From the NCBI GenBank assembly GCA_947626095.1, contig CANQQV010000016.1, positions 1-33,523 on the forward strand: a stretch of 33,523 nucleotides of DNA. The letters are read 5' to 3'. The translations under genes and the position numbers were made by a program. Positions 23,957 to 32,594 of the stretch are shown here, in pieces; position 1 is the stretch's first letter, and each line of letters starts with the position of its first letter. The DNA is from an uncultured Bacilli bacterium (lineage in GTDB: Bacteria > Bacillota_I > Bacilli_A > RF39 > UBA660). The notes under the pieces are model-generated. The model had not been told where the DNA came from. It saw only the letters and a list, made by a program, of their open reading frames with translations, and did no database searches.

Positions 23957-24976
23957 TTACTTTAAAACATCATAAAATTGGTCTTTAGCAAAAGTTATTA
24001 AGACCTTTGTATATTTATTGTAAGTAGATTCGATATTTATTTTATGACCTAGTTTATCACACATGTTTTTGGCAATGTATAACCCCATTCCGGTTGATAA
24101 GTGACCTTTTCGACCATTTTCCCCAGTAAATGATTTATCAAAGACTTGTTTTAAATCCGATTCTTTAATACCTATTCCATTATCTTCAATCGTTAAGATT
24201 ATACGATCCTTTTCTTCTTGAACAGAAATCTTGATATAAGAATTATTGATATTTCTTTTATATTTAATACTATTATTAATTATTTGATTTAAAATAAATT
24301 CTAACCATTTAGAATCAGTTAAGACTTTAACTTGGACATTATCTACTATGTAATCAATTTTATTTTCTAATAAGTCATCCATATTTTTTAGACCGACATT
24401 TTTAATAACTTGAGATAGATTTGTTTCTTTGATTAAATAATCTTTTTCGGCATTTTCACTTCGCGCATAATAAAGGACTTGATCAACATAATCTTCTAAC
24501 CTTTTTAATTGTAATCTAGTTTTTTTATCAAATGATTCTTGATGATTGTTACTCATTAAGACTAAAGAAGATAAAGGTATTTTTACTTCATGAATCCACA
24601 TTTCGATATATTCTTTAAAATCTTGGAGATGGTCTTCCATTAATCTTACATTTTCATTCATTGACTTATTAATTTCATATAAAGCTTGGTATAATAGTTC
24701 TCCTTCATAAAATTCAGGTTTAGTTAAGGTTTCTAAAACTAAATAACTCTTATCTAGGACTTCAATGTTAGCTAGTAAGTCAGTATAAAATTTTCTTTTA
24801 CGAAAATAAGGAATTAAGATAATAAGTAAAAGAAAAATAAGATAAATAAATGATGAAGATATAATAACGGATTTTGGGACTTTAAAAGCTAAAAAGATAA
24901 GAAGATTAAGCATATAACAAATAATAAAAATGAGAAAGATATATAGTTTATCTTTTAAATATTTACTAAATTTCAT
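23957..24976 (-). CDS. BceS-like intramembrane-sensing histidine kinase
   Basis: Two adjacent TMs with no sensor loop; WIHEVKIP, TDSKWLEFILNQIINNSIKY, DNGIGI, STGMGLY. Confidence 0.93.
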   Translation of the reverse strand: MKFSKYLKDKLYIFLIFIICYMLNLLIFLAFKVPKSVIISSSFIYLIFLLLIILIPYFRKRKFYTDLLANIEVLDKSYLVLETLTKPEFYEGELLYQALYEINKSMNENVRLMEDHLQDFKEYIEMWIHEVKIPLSSLVLMSNNHQESFDKKTRLQLKRLEDYVDQVLYYARSENAEKDYLIKETNLSQVIKNVGLKNMDDLLENKIDYIVDNVQVKVLTDSKWLEFILNQIINNSIKYKRNINNSYIKISVQEEKDRIILTIEDNGIGIKESDLKQVFDKSFTGENGRKGHLSTGMGLYIAKNMCDKLGHKINIESTYNKYTKVLITFAKDQFYDVLK

Positions 24977-25635
24977 AATAAGATATACCCCTGTCCTTTT
25001 CTAGTTTCAATCGCCTCTTCATAACCTATTTCTTTTAATTTAGCTCTTAGACGACTGATATTAACCGTTAAAGCATTATCATTAATAAATTCTTCATTAT
25101 TCCATAAATCTGTCATTAATTCATCACGTGTAACAATTTTATTTTGATGAGATAAAAGATATGAAAAAATTATCATTTCATTTTTAGTTAGAATTATTTC
25201 TTTATCAGCTTTTTTTAATAAACCTTTTTGTAAGTTTACGGTTAAATCTTTATATATTAAAATGTTAGAATTGTTATTACTTCTTTTTAAGACAGCCCCA
25301 ATACGCAAAAGAAGTATATTGGGATTATAAGGTTTGGTTATGTAGTCATCAGCACCATAAGAAATAGATAACGCTTCATCAGTTAAGTTATTTTTACTAG
25401 TAACCATAATTACTGGAATATTAGATTTTTTACGTAAATTTTGCAGTAAGACTTCACCATTGGTGTATGGAATATTAATATCTAATAAGATTAAATCAGG
25501 TTTAAGATGTAATATTTCTTCAAGAGCATTGGCATAATTGTCTAGAATATAAGATTCATAACCACTATTATCTAATAAAGATTTTAATTCATTACTTATT
25601 AAGGTATCGTCTTCAATAATCATTATTTTGTACAT
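24973..25635 (-). CDS. BceR-like OmpR-family response regulator
   Basis: IIEDD, LLDINIP, GADDYITKP, LTVNISRLRAKL, IETRKGQGY. Confidence 0.93.
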   Translation of the reverse strand: MYKIMIIEDDTLISNELKSLLDNSGYESYILDNYANALEEILHLKPDLILLDINIPYTNGEVLLQNLRKKSNIPVIMVTSKNNLTDEALSISYGADDYITKPYNPNILLLRIGAVLKRSNNNSNILIYKDLTVNLQKGLLKKADKEIILTKNEMIIFSYLLSHQNKIVTRDELMTDLWNNEEFINDNALTVNISRLRAKLKEIGYEEAIETRKGQGYILL

Positions 25636-25687
25636 AGGAAAGATTCCTTTCTAATATTTATTATACTACCATAGATTTTTTCTTTAC

Positions 25688-25703
25688 CTTACATTTTTGT
25701 AAG
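25688..25703. promoter_or_regulatory. Second BceR-like site, upstream of the response regulator
   Basis: CTTACA-TTTT-TGTAAG, about 23 nt upstream of a minus-strand TATAAT at about 25660-25665. Confidence 0.7.
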
Positions 25704-25706
25704 ATT

Positions 25707-25735
25707 AAAAAAGATTATCTTTTCGGATAATCTTT
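25707..25735 (-). terminator. Intrinsic terminator after dinD
   Basis: Minus strand AAAGATTATC-CGAAAA-GATAATCTTT followed by T residues. Confidence 0.75.
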
Positions 25736-25772
25736 GCCTTCTTCTTGGTAGGAAACTAGAATTTTTTCAAAT

Positions 25773-26615
25773 CTATTGCTTAATATTTCCTATAAGTCTT
25801 CGTTGCTTTTCCTTCTCTAACTCTTTAAGACTTCTCTTAGGGGTTGGTAAATCTTCTGGCATTGTTCCACCTAACTCTTTTATTGTTTTTCTTATTTTAC
25901 TTCCAACTTTATAATGTGTTCTATTAGCTTCATTCTCTGTTTTAATATTATCTCTTTTTAATTTTTGCTCTGTTTGGGTAATTCTAAATAAATTAGCAGC
26001 AAGTTCTTCACTACCCATATTATCTAATATATCTTCTCGATATCTTAAACCTTTTCTTCTAGCAATGTCGTCAGCCGTTTCCCCATTATATAATCCTTTA
26101 TATCCAGAATTATGAAATTTATCAAAGTTTCTGACACCAGCATTTTTGGCAGCTATATTTAAAGAATAATTACCTTTTTTGGTTAGTTTTCTTTGATAAA
26201 ATCTCTTTTCATCTTCAGATAATTTACTATATTCTAACTCAGAGATTTCTTGCTTTCTTGTTTGAACAGCAAAATAGGTTTGCCCAAGTGCAACATTTTC
26301 TTTTCTGGGATCTGCATTTTGAACAATTAAGTAACAAGCATATCTAGATAACTCATAATCAGCTTGTTTTCTTTTTGCTCCTGAACCGATTTCTACCATT
26401 TTTCCCACCTGGGAAAAATGGTCATCAATAAGATTATTACTTTTTTCACAAGCTATTTTAGCATTATCTATAACATTATTGAATTTATCCCATCTTTTAT
26501 ATTCAAGTGCTATCATTAACTCTCTGGCTTCCCAATATTCGTTTCCTTCCTCATCAATATGTTTGATTTTTTCAAATGTTTTAGTTGTTTTTTCAATTTT
26601 CATAGTTTCTTTCAT
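25773..26615 (-). CDS. dinD: DNA damage-inducible protein D (Bro-N domain)
   Basis: EYWEARELM, LSRYACYLIVQNADPRK, GQTYFAVQTRKQE, LDNMGSEELAANLFRITQTE, GGTMPEDLP. Confidence 0.92.
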   Translation of the reverse strand: MKETMKIEKTTKTFEKIKHIDEEGNEYWEARELMIALEYKRWDKFNNVIDNAKIACEKSNNLIDDHFSQVGKMVEIGSGAKRKQADYELSRYACYLIVQNADPRKENVALGQTYFAVQTRKQEISELEYSKLSEDEKRFYQRKLTKKGNYSLNIAAKNAGVRNFDKFHNSGYKGLYNGETADDIARRKGLRYREDILDNMGSEELAANLFRITQTEQKLKRDNIKTENEANRTHYKVGSKIRKTIKELGGTMPEDLPTPKRSLKELEKEKQRRLIGNIKQ

Positions 26616-26647
26616 TTAAATTTTCCCCCATCTTATCACTTATTAAC

Positions 26648-26676
26648 ATTTTATCATTAAAACATTTGTTCGTCAA
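26648..26676 (-). promoter_or_regulatory. dinD sigma-A promoter with an overlapping Firmicutes LexA (Cheo) box
   Basis: Minus strand TTGACG, 17-nt spacer, (TGA)TAAAAT. CGAAC-AAAT-GTTT at 26672-26660 matches GAAC-N4-GTTY. Confidence 0.8.
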
Positions 26677-26714
26677 TATATTTTGTTATATTTTTGATAC
26701 AAAGATATTTTTGT

Positions 26715-26745
26715 AAAAAAAACAAACCTTACAACCGGTTTGCTT
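26715..26745 (-). terminator. Intrinsic terminator ending the MerR operon
   Basis: Minus strand GCAAACC-GGTTGTAA-GGTTTGT followed by a T run. Confidence 0.7.
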
Positions 26746-26755
26746 TCTAATTTTT

Positions 26756-27184
26756 TTAATTATCTAATTTGTTATATTCTTCATCTGTTACAGGTTCTAA
26801 CCACTCGTTTGATGTTTCTTCACCTGGTACTTCGACAGCAATATGGCTGAACCAAGAGTCTTTTCTTGCACCATGCCAATGTTTAACATTAGCTGGTATT
26901 ACCACAATATCACCAGGAGATAATTTTTGGGCTTCCTTACCTTCTTCTTGGTAGTATCCATATCCCGCTGTACAAATTAAGACTTGTCCTCCACCTGATT
27001 TAGCATGATGAATATGCCAATTATTACGACAACCTGGTTCAAATGTTACATTAGCAAAACTAATACCGTTTTCAGTCTTGGCAATAGGATTTAAATAACT
27101 ATTACCTGTAAAATACTTAGCATAAGCATCGTTAGGATTCCCTAGGCCAAAAACATTTAATTTATCAAATTCTTCTTTATTCAT
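26756..27184 (-). CDS. Cupin domain protein
   Basis: NVTFEPGCRNNWHIH, GGQVLIC and VKHWHGA motifs. Start is ATG 27184 (coupled to the CMD stop) or 27199. Confidence 0.9.
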   Translation of the reverse strand: MNKEEFDKLNVFGLGNPNDAYAKYFTGNSYLNPIAKTENGISFANVTFEPGCRNNWHIHHAKSGGGQVLICTAGYGYYQEEGKEAQKLSPGDIVVIPANVKHWHGARKDSWFSHIAVEVPGEETSNEWLEPVTDEEYNKLDN

Positions 27185-27506
27185 TTTTATCACTTCCATA
27201 TACTTCCTCTATTAAAGGAAATGTACTCCATGCTTTAGGCCAGCCACAGTAAAAAGCTAATTGAGTTACTGTTTCAACAACTTCTTCTTTGGTAAGCCCA
27301 TGTTCTTTTCCCATTACTAAATGAGCTTTTAATTGGGGATATAATCCTTGAGCAAATAAAGCTGAGATAGTTATTAAACTTCTATCTCTTGGGGATAACT
27401 TATCCTCTCTACTCCATACCTCCCCAAATAGTACATCATCATTTAATTCAGCAAACAAAGGGGCTATATTACCTAATTGTTCTCTACCAGCTGTTTGTTT
27501 TTTCAT
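27177..27506 (-). CDS. Carboxymuconolactone decarboxylase (CMD/AhpD-like) family protein
   Basis: DDVLFGEVWSR, LSPRDRSLITISAL, QLAFYCGWPKAW. Confidence 0.9.
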   Translation of the reverse strand: MKKQTAGREQLGNIAPLFAELNDDVLFGEVWSREDKLSPRDRSLITISALFAQGLYPQLKAHLVMGKEHGLTKEEVVETVTQLAFYCGWPKAWSTFPLIEEVYGSDKNE

Positions 27507-27539
27507 TATTCATTCTCCTTCTCTATACTTTTTAATTCC

Positions 27540-28007
27540 CTATATTATCCAATCTATTATATCACTATCTGATACACTACTTGATAATCTTTTAGCACTT
27601 ATAAAGTTAAGATTACTATATGTATTTTTTAAAGTATTAAAGCTATTATTTACACTTGTTCCACCTGATGTAGCAAAGACATAAATCTTTTTATTTTCAA
27701 GATTGTTTTCTTCAATAAATGTATTGATGATTGTTGGAGCTAAATCCCACCAGACAGGAAAACCAATTAAAATAGTATCATAATCATTTAAATTAGAAAC
27801 TTTATTTTTTACTTCTGGTCTTGATGATGGATTACTCATTTCAACTGATGATCTACTTTGTTTATTAGTCCAATCTAAATCTTCACTTGTATATTTATTT
27901 ACTGGTTCAATTTCAAATAAATCACCACCTGTAATATCAGTAATTTTACTTGCTACTCCTTTTGTTACACCACTAGCTGAAAAATAACTTACTAAAATCT
28001 TACTCAT
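27540..28007 (-). CDS. Flavodoxin (Flavodoxin_4-like), cytoplasmic
   Basis: YFSASGVT, IGFPVWW, FATSGG. Confidence 0.9.
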   Translation of the reverse strand: MSKILVSYFSASGVTKGVASKITDITGGDLFEIEPVNKYTSEDLDWTNKQSRSSVEMSNPSSRPEVKNKVSNLNDYDTILIGFPVWWDLAPTIINTFIEENNLENKKIYVFATSGGTSVNNSFNTLKNTYSNLNFISAKRLSSSVSDSDIIDWII

Positions 28008-28021
28008 AAATTCATTCCTCC

Positions 28022-28684
28022 TTAATATTTTAATCCATTAACCCAATTTTTTACTTCATCTTCAGTAGCACTAGATGAAAATCTTTTACCATCTATCCAA
28101 TTAACATTTTTATTATAATTTTTTAAAGTACTTAAACTTCCACTTATTCCAGTACTTCCAGATGTACAAAATGGAATAATTGTTTTACCATCTAAATTGT
28201 GATTATCTAAGAATGTTAAGATGATTTTTGGAACATCTCCCCACCAAATTGGATAACCTAAATAAATAACATCATAAGAATCAGTATTTATGTTATTAGA
28301 TATTGCAGGTCGTGCTTTAGAATCATTTTGTTCTTTATTAACTCTAGAATTATCATTTCCATAATTTAAATCACTATCAGTGTATTTTTCTTTTGGTACT
28401 ATTTCAATTAAATCACCATTTGTTGCATTTTTGATATATCCTGCAACTTTTTTAGTTGTACCTGTTGCGGAGAAATAAATGATAGCAACCTTTTTATCGT
28501 TAGTCGTCCCGTTGTCATTATCTTTTGTATTTTCTTCTTGTTGTTCATTACTATTTTGATTTTCAGCTGGATTTGTATTTGAATTAGTCGAAGATTCTTC
28601 TTTATTAGAATTTATAAACCAAAATCCAACCCCTACTGCAATTACTACTATTGCAACAATTAAAGCTATTATTTTTTTATTCAT
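28022..28684 (-). CDS. Flavodoxin with an N-terminal membrane anchor
   Basis: MNKK plus TM and an Asn/Glu linker, then YFSATGTT, LGYPIWW, FCTSGS. ATG 28684 follows GGAGG. Confidence 0.88.
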   Translation of the reverse strand: MNKKIIALIVAIVVIAVGVGFWFINSNKEESSTNSNTNPAENQNSNEQQEENTKDNDNGTTNDKKVAIIYFSATGTTKKVAGYIKNATNGDLIEIVPKEKYTDSDLNYGNDNSRVNKEQNDSKARPAISNNINTDSYDVIYLGYPIWWGDVPKIILTFLDNHNLDGKTIIPFCTSGSTGISGSLSTLKNYNKNVNWIDGKRFSSSATEDEVKNWVNGLKY

Positions 28685-28704
28685 AATATTATAACCTCCT
28701 ATTT

Positions 28705-29679
28705 TTAATACCAATCATGTTTTTCATTTCTATCTAAAGAATTTATTTTTTGCATTTCTTCTTCTGTTAATTCAAATCCATAAATATCCGTATTTTCTTT
28801 AATGTGTTCTGGATTAGATGAACCAGGAATTACTACTACACCTTTTTGTAAATTCCAACGAAGGATTACTTGGGCTGCTGATACATTATGATTATTAGCT
28901 ATTTCAACAATTGTTTCATTATTTAATAGTTCACTAGTATGACCTCTTCCACCAAATGGATACCAACCTTGAACGACAATACCTAAGTTTTGAATAAATG
29001 GTATAACATCATTTTCTTGATAAAATGGATGAATTTCATTTTGCACAAGAGCAGGAATAATATTTATTTTGGGAAGAAAATCATTTAATTCTTCAACATA
29101 CCAATTAGAAAGCCCTAAAGAATGAATCTTACCACTTTCAACGTATTTTTCCATCTCTTTATAGGCATTAACATCATTCGTACCTGGATGGTGTAAAAGC
29201 ATCATATCAATATAACCAATATCTAACTTCTTTAAAGCAAGTTCTATGGCTTCTTTAGGATTATTATATTGTGTAGGATATATTTTTGTTATTACAAATA
29301 TTTCTTCTCTAGGTATTCCTGAATCTCTAATTGCCTTTCCTATTTCTTCTTCGTTATCATACATATAAGCAGTATCAATTAAACGAACACCTGAAGCTAA
29401 AGCACTAGACACAGCATTATAACAAGTATCACCAGTTAAACTATATGTACCAAGTCCGTTTATTGGCATTTCATAGCCACTATTAAGTTTTACTGATTTG
29501 GTTTCAAAGTTAAAATTAGCAACATTTTCTGCATTTTCTAATTCAGTTATTATATTTTCATTCACTATCTTTTCATTCTCCTTTTGTTTTTCTTTACCAT
29601 TTAATAAAAAGAATATTCCAAATCCTATAATTAAAATGAGTATGATAGCAAGAATTATAAATATTATTTTCTTTCTCAT
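28705..29679 (-). CDS. Aldo/keto reductase with an N-terminal membrane anchor
   Basis: MRKK plus TM; GLGTY, IDTAYMY, ITK, LLHHP, GLSNW, AQVILRW, IPGS. Confidence 0.92.
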   Translation of the reverse strand: MRKKIIFIILAIILILIIGFGIFFLLNGKEKQKENEKIVNENIITELENAENVANFNFETKSVKLNSGYEMPINGLGTYSLTGDTCYNAVSSALASGVRLIDTAYMYDNEEEIGKAIRDSGIPREEIFVITKIYPTQYNNPKEAIELALKKLDIGYIDMMLLHHPGTNDVNAYKEMEKYVESGKIHSLGLSNWYVEELNDFLPKINIIPALVQNEIHPFYQENDVIPFIQNLGIVVQGWYPFGGRGHTSELLNNETIVEIANNHNVSAAQVILRWNLQKGVVVIPGSSNPEHIKENTDIYGFELTEEEMQKINSLDRNEKHDWY

Positions 29680-30665
29680 TTTAGATTATCTTTAAAAAAC
29701 TTTTCTATTTTATCAAATGGAATTATATCTTTATTATCATATAAATCAGTATGAACAGCATTAGGAATTATCATTAGTTCTTTATTATCAGTATAATTAC
29801 TATTTGTGGTCATATTTTTATAAGCATCTTTACTAAAATAACAAGAATGAGCTTTTTCGCCATGAATCATTAGAACAGCACTTCTAATTTCATTACTATA
29901 TTGTAAAATTGGTTAATTTATAAAAGACATACATCCTATTTTATTCCATCCACCATTAGAATTTAAACTTCTTTTATGATATGCTCTACCTTTATAATAT
30001 TCACTATAATCTTTAACATAGAATGGTGCATCATCTGGTACAGGTAAATCTAAGCATCCTCCACCAAGTTCATAACTACCATTTTCATAATCAACTATTC
30101 TTTGGGCATTAAGATTTTTTTTCATTCCATATCTGGCATTTTCATTATCACTCTCATCAAAATAACCATTAGCATTAACTCTTGACATATCATACATAGT
30201 AGAAATAACTGAGGCTTTAATTCTTGTATCAAGAGCTGCAACATTTAAGGCCATTCCACCCCAACCACAAATACCAACAATACCAATCCTTTCAGGATCT
30301 ACATTAGGAAGTGTTGATAGGAAGTCGATAGATGCTTGATAATCTTCGGTATTTATATCAGGACTAGCCATATATCTTGGTGTTCCTCCTGATTCTCCAG
30401 TAAATGATGGATCAAAGGCGATTGTTAAAAATCCTCTTTCAGCAAGTTCTTGGGCATATAAGCCACTTGCTTGTTCTTTTACTGCTCCAAAAGGTCCACA
30501 TACACTAATTGCTGCTAATTTACCTTCATAATTTTTAGGCACATACATATCAGCAACAAGTGTTATTCCATAACGATTATGAAAAGTTACTTTCTTATGA
30601 TTAACCTTATCACTTTTAGGGAATGTTTTATCCCATTCTTCAACTAAATTTAATTCTTCTTTCAT
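29676..30665 (-). pseudogene. Alpha/beta hydrolase (YcjY-like, Cys nucleophile) interrupted by an in-frame TAA
   Basis: ORFs 29913-30665 and 29676-29870 share one frame and read SFIN*PILQYSNEIRSAVLMIHGEKAHS. GAVKEQ, FDPSFTGESGG and GICGWGG lie upstream of the stop; HTDLYD lies downstream. Confidence 0.85.
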
Positions 30666-31111
30666 TTTTCATCTTTCCTTTCATTTTTGGGTATTTTATC
30701 TATTTCTAAAGTAGGAAGAGTTGATGTAATATTTTCAACTATTTTTTCAGTTCCTGCTTTAATAGCTGTTTTATAATACCATTCCTTATATTCTAATTCT
30801 TTATAACAATCTTTTAATTTTTTTAATTCTTTTTCTATAGCTTGCTTCTGCTCTAAAATCATATTATATCTTTCTTTTAAAGTACTATCTCCCTCTTCTG
30901 CTAAGTCGACATACTCTTTAATTTTAGAAATAGGCATATTAATATTTTTCAAACAATTTAAAACTCTTAACCATTTAAAGTCTTTATCTTCAAAAACTCT
31001 TCGTCCATTAACTTTTTTAACATTTGGAAGTAAGCCCATTGAATCATAATATCGTAAAGTTGATGGTGCAACATTCATCATATCAGCAACTTCTTTAATA
31101 GAATATGACAT
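30662..31111 (-). CDS. MerR family regulator, AdhR/NmlR-like
   Basis: YSIKEVA, STLRYYD..GLLP and W...LNCLK with the conserved Cys. Confidence 0.92.
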   Translation of the reverse strand: MSYSIKEVADMMNVAPSTLRYYDSMGLLPNVKKVNGRRVFEDKDFKWLRVLNCLKNINMPISKIKEYVDLAEEGDSTLKERYNMILEQKQAIEKELKKLKDCYKELEYKEWYYKTAIKAGTEKIVENITSTLPTLEIDKIPKNERKDEK

Positions 31112-31131
31112 ATAATCCTCCTCTCATTATA

Positions 31132-31162
31132 ATTATACAAGTTAAAGTTAACTTTAAGTCAA
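31132..31162 (-). promoter_or_regulatory. MerR-type promoter with a 19-bp spacer and AdhR-like operator
   Basis: Minus strand TTGACT, 19-nt spacer, TATAAT. Perfect palindrome TTAAAGTTAACTTTAA at 31142-31157. Confidence 0.9.
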
Positions 31163-31165
31163 TAC

Positions 31166-31198
31166 AAAAATAAAATAAGTTATAAATTTAACTTATTT
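31166..31198 (-). terminator. Probable terminator after the anti-sigma gene
   Basis: AAATAAGTTA/TAACTTATTT arms (31173-31182, 31189-31198) and a T-rich tail on the minus strand. Confidence 0.55.
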
Positions 31199-31214
31199 CA
31201 TCTAAAATATAATT

Positions 31215-31934
31215 TTATTTTAAAATTGATACTAAATAATTAGAAAATTCTTGTTCTGTTATATTAGAAGTTTCAATATCAAAATAATAACCATTATAAC
31301 TGAATGTAGTATAAAAACTATTTTCATATTTATATATTTTTAAATCTATATTATTTATTGTTGTTATTTTACTATCTTCTTCACTAAAATAATAATCTCT
31401 TAATGGTTCTTGTTCTTCTGAATATTTAACTTCAATACTTCTTTCATTACCATCAGTAATAAGCATTATATAATTAGCTACTGTATCATATTCTTTACTA
31501 TCTTTATCTTTTTTAACATAAACAATATAATTTTTAGTTTGAGTTAAATCACGAGGAATAATAAACCATTCTTCATTTTGATTTTCATTTACTTTAAAAG
31601 GATAAGGTATGTTAACACCACTAACAGTTTTGACATCAGCATCTAATTTTGTCATACCTACTTTTGCTAAATCATTGATATTTAAAGTTATATTGTTTTC
31701 TTTATCGATATATGGTTTATTTTCAAGTAAGTCATTATTATCATTTTTATAATTTAAAAAGATAATTCCACTTATAACAACTATTAAACATATTGGTACT
31801 AAAGACCATTTTAATAAATTATTTTCCTTTTTCATTTTGTCTTCCTTCTCTATTTTCTTAATTATTTCATTATAATTATTTGTTGGGTTAATATCTTGTT
31901 CTATTGCTTTTTTTAATTTTTCTTTGTTAGTCAT
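31215..31934 (-). CDS. Putative single-pass anti-sigma factor
   Basis: Short cytoplasmic N-terminus, a TM helix and an extracellular domain. ATG 31934 overlaps the ECF sigma 3' end. Confidence 0.65.
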   Translation of the reverse strand: MTNKEKLKKAIEQDINPTNNYNEIIKKIEKEDKMKKENNLLKWSLVPICLIVVISGIIFLNYKNDNNDLLENKPYIDKENNITLNINDLAKVGMTKLDADVKTVSGVNIPYPFKVNENQNEEWFIIPRDLTQTKNYIVYVKKDKDSKEYDTVANYIMLITDGNERSIEVKYSEEQEPLRDYYFSEEDSKITTINNIDLKIYKYENSFYTTFSYNGYYFDIETSNITEQEFSNYLVSILK

Positions 31935-32478
31935 TAGAAATACCCCCATCTCCAAATTTTTTTTGCAATTCTTTTAATGTCCTATAAATTAAATTTTTTA
32001 TATATGATTCACTTACATTTAATTCTTTAGCTATTTCTTTAATAGATAACTCTAGTTTATAATACAAATAAAATACTTTAGGAATATCTTGATTCTTTTT
32101 ACTTTTAATAAATTGCCATATAGTAAGCCAATTATCTTTTTGAATAACTATATTTTCAATATTAATTTTATCTTCTAAAAGATCAATTAACTCTATATCT
32201 TTATCATTTTTTTCAAAGATAGATATAGTCTTTATTTTTTGTAGTAAAGTATAATGTTTTTTGATTTTGTTATTAGCAATACCTATAAGATAGCTTTTAA
32301 TGTTATCATTTGATAATTCTTTTTTATTTATAATGTTCCATAATTCTAAATATGTTTCTTGAATAATATCATTAGCATCATTTATATTATGACATTTTAT
32401 AATTACATATTTAAGTAAATCTAAATAAGTTTTATCATATATATTATTAAATTTATATAGGTAAGTATCGCTAGCCAT
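31927..32478 (-). CDS. ECF-type RNA polymerase sigma-70 factor
   Basis: DANDIIQETYL (region 2) and LSIKEIAKELNVSESYIK (region 4). ATG 32478 follows AGGTGA; the ORF track gives GTG 32487. Confidence 0.88.
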   Translation of the reverse strand: MASDTYLYKFNNIYDKTYLDLLKYVIIKCHNINDANDIIQETYLELWNIINKKELSNDNIKSYLIGIANNKIKKHYTLLQKIKTISIFEKNDKDIELIDLLEDKINIENIVIQKDNWLTIWQFIKSKKNQDIPKVFYLYYKLELSIKEIAKELNVSESYIKNLIYRTLKELQKKFGDGGISND

Positions 32479-32548
32479 ATTCATCACCTACAATACAATT
32501 ATCCCAACTTTTTTTGAAAAAGTTTCAAAAATTTATTTTTAGTCATAT

Positions 32549-32576
32549 AAAAAGCAAATCTCATGTGGAGTTTGCT
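32549..32576 (-). terminator. Intrinsic terminator after the DUF2798-like gene
   Basis: Minus strand AGCAAACTC-CACAT-GAGATTTGCT followed by TTTT. Confidence 0.7.
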
Positions 32577-32594
32577 CATACAAATTGTATTTTT

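Noticed and set aside
26769-29695. Plus-strand ORFs 26769-26954 and 29498-29695
   Set aside because: Antisense to the cupin and AKR genes.
29913-29915. Stop-codon reassignment as an explanation for the in-frame TAA
   Set aside because: TAA terminates most other genes in the window, so a point mutation or sequencing error is more parsimonious.
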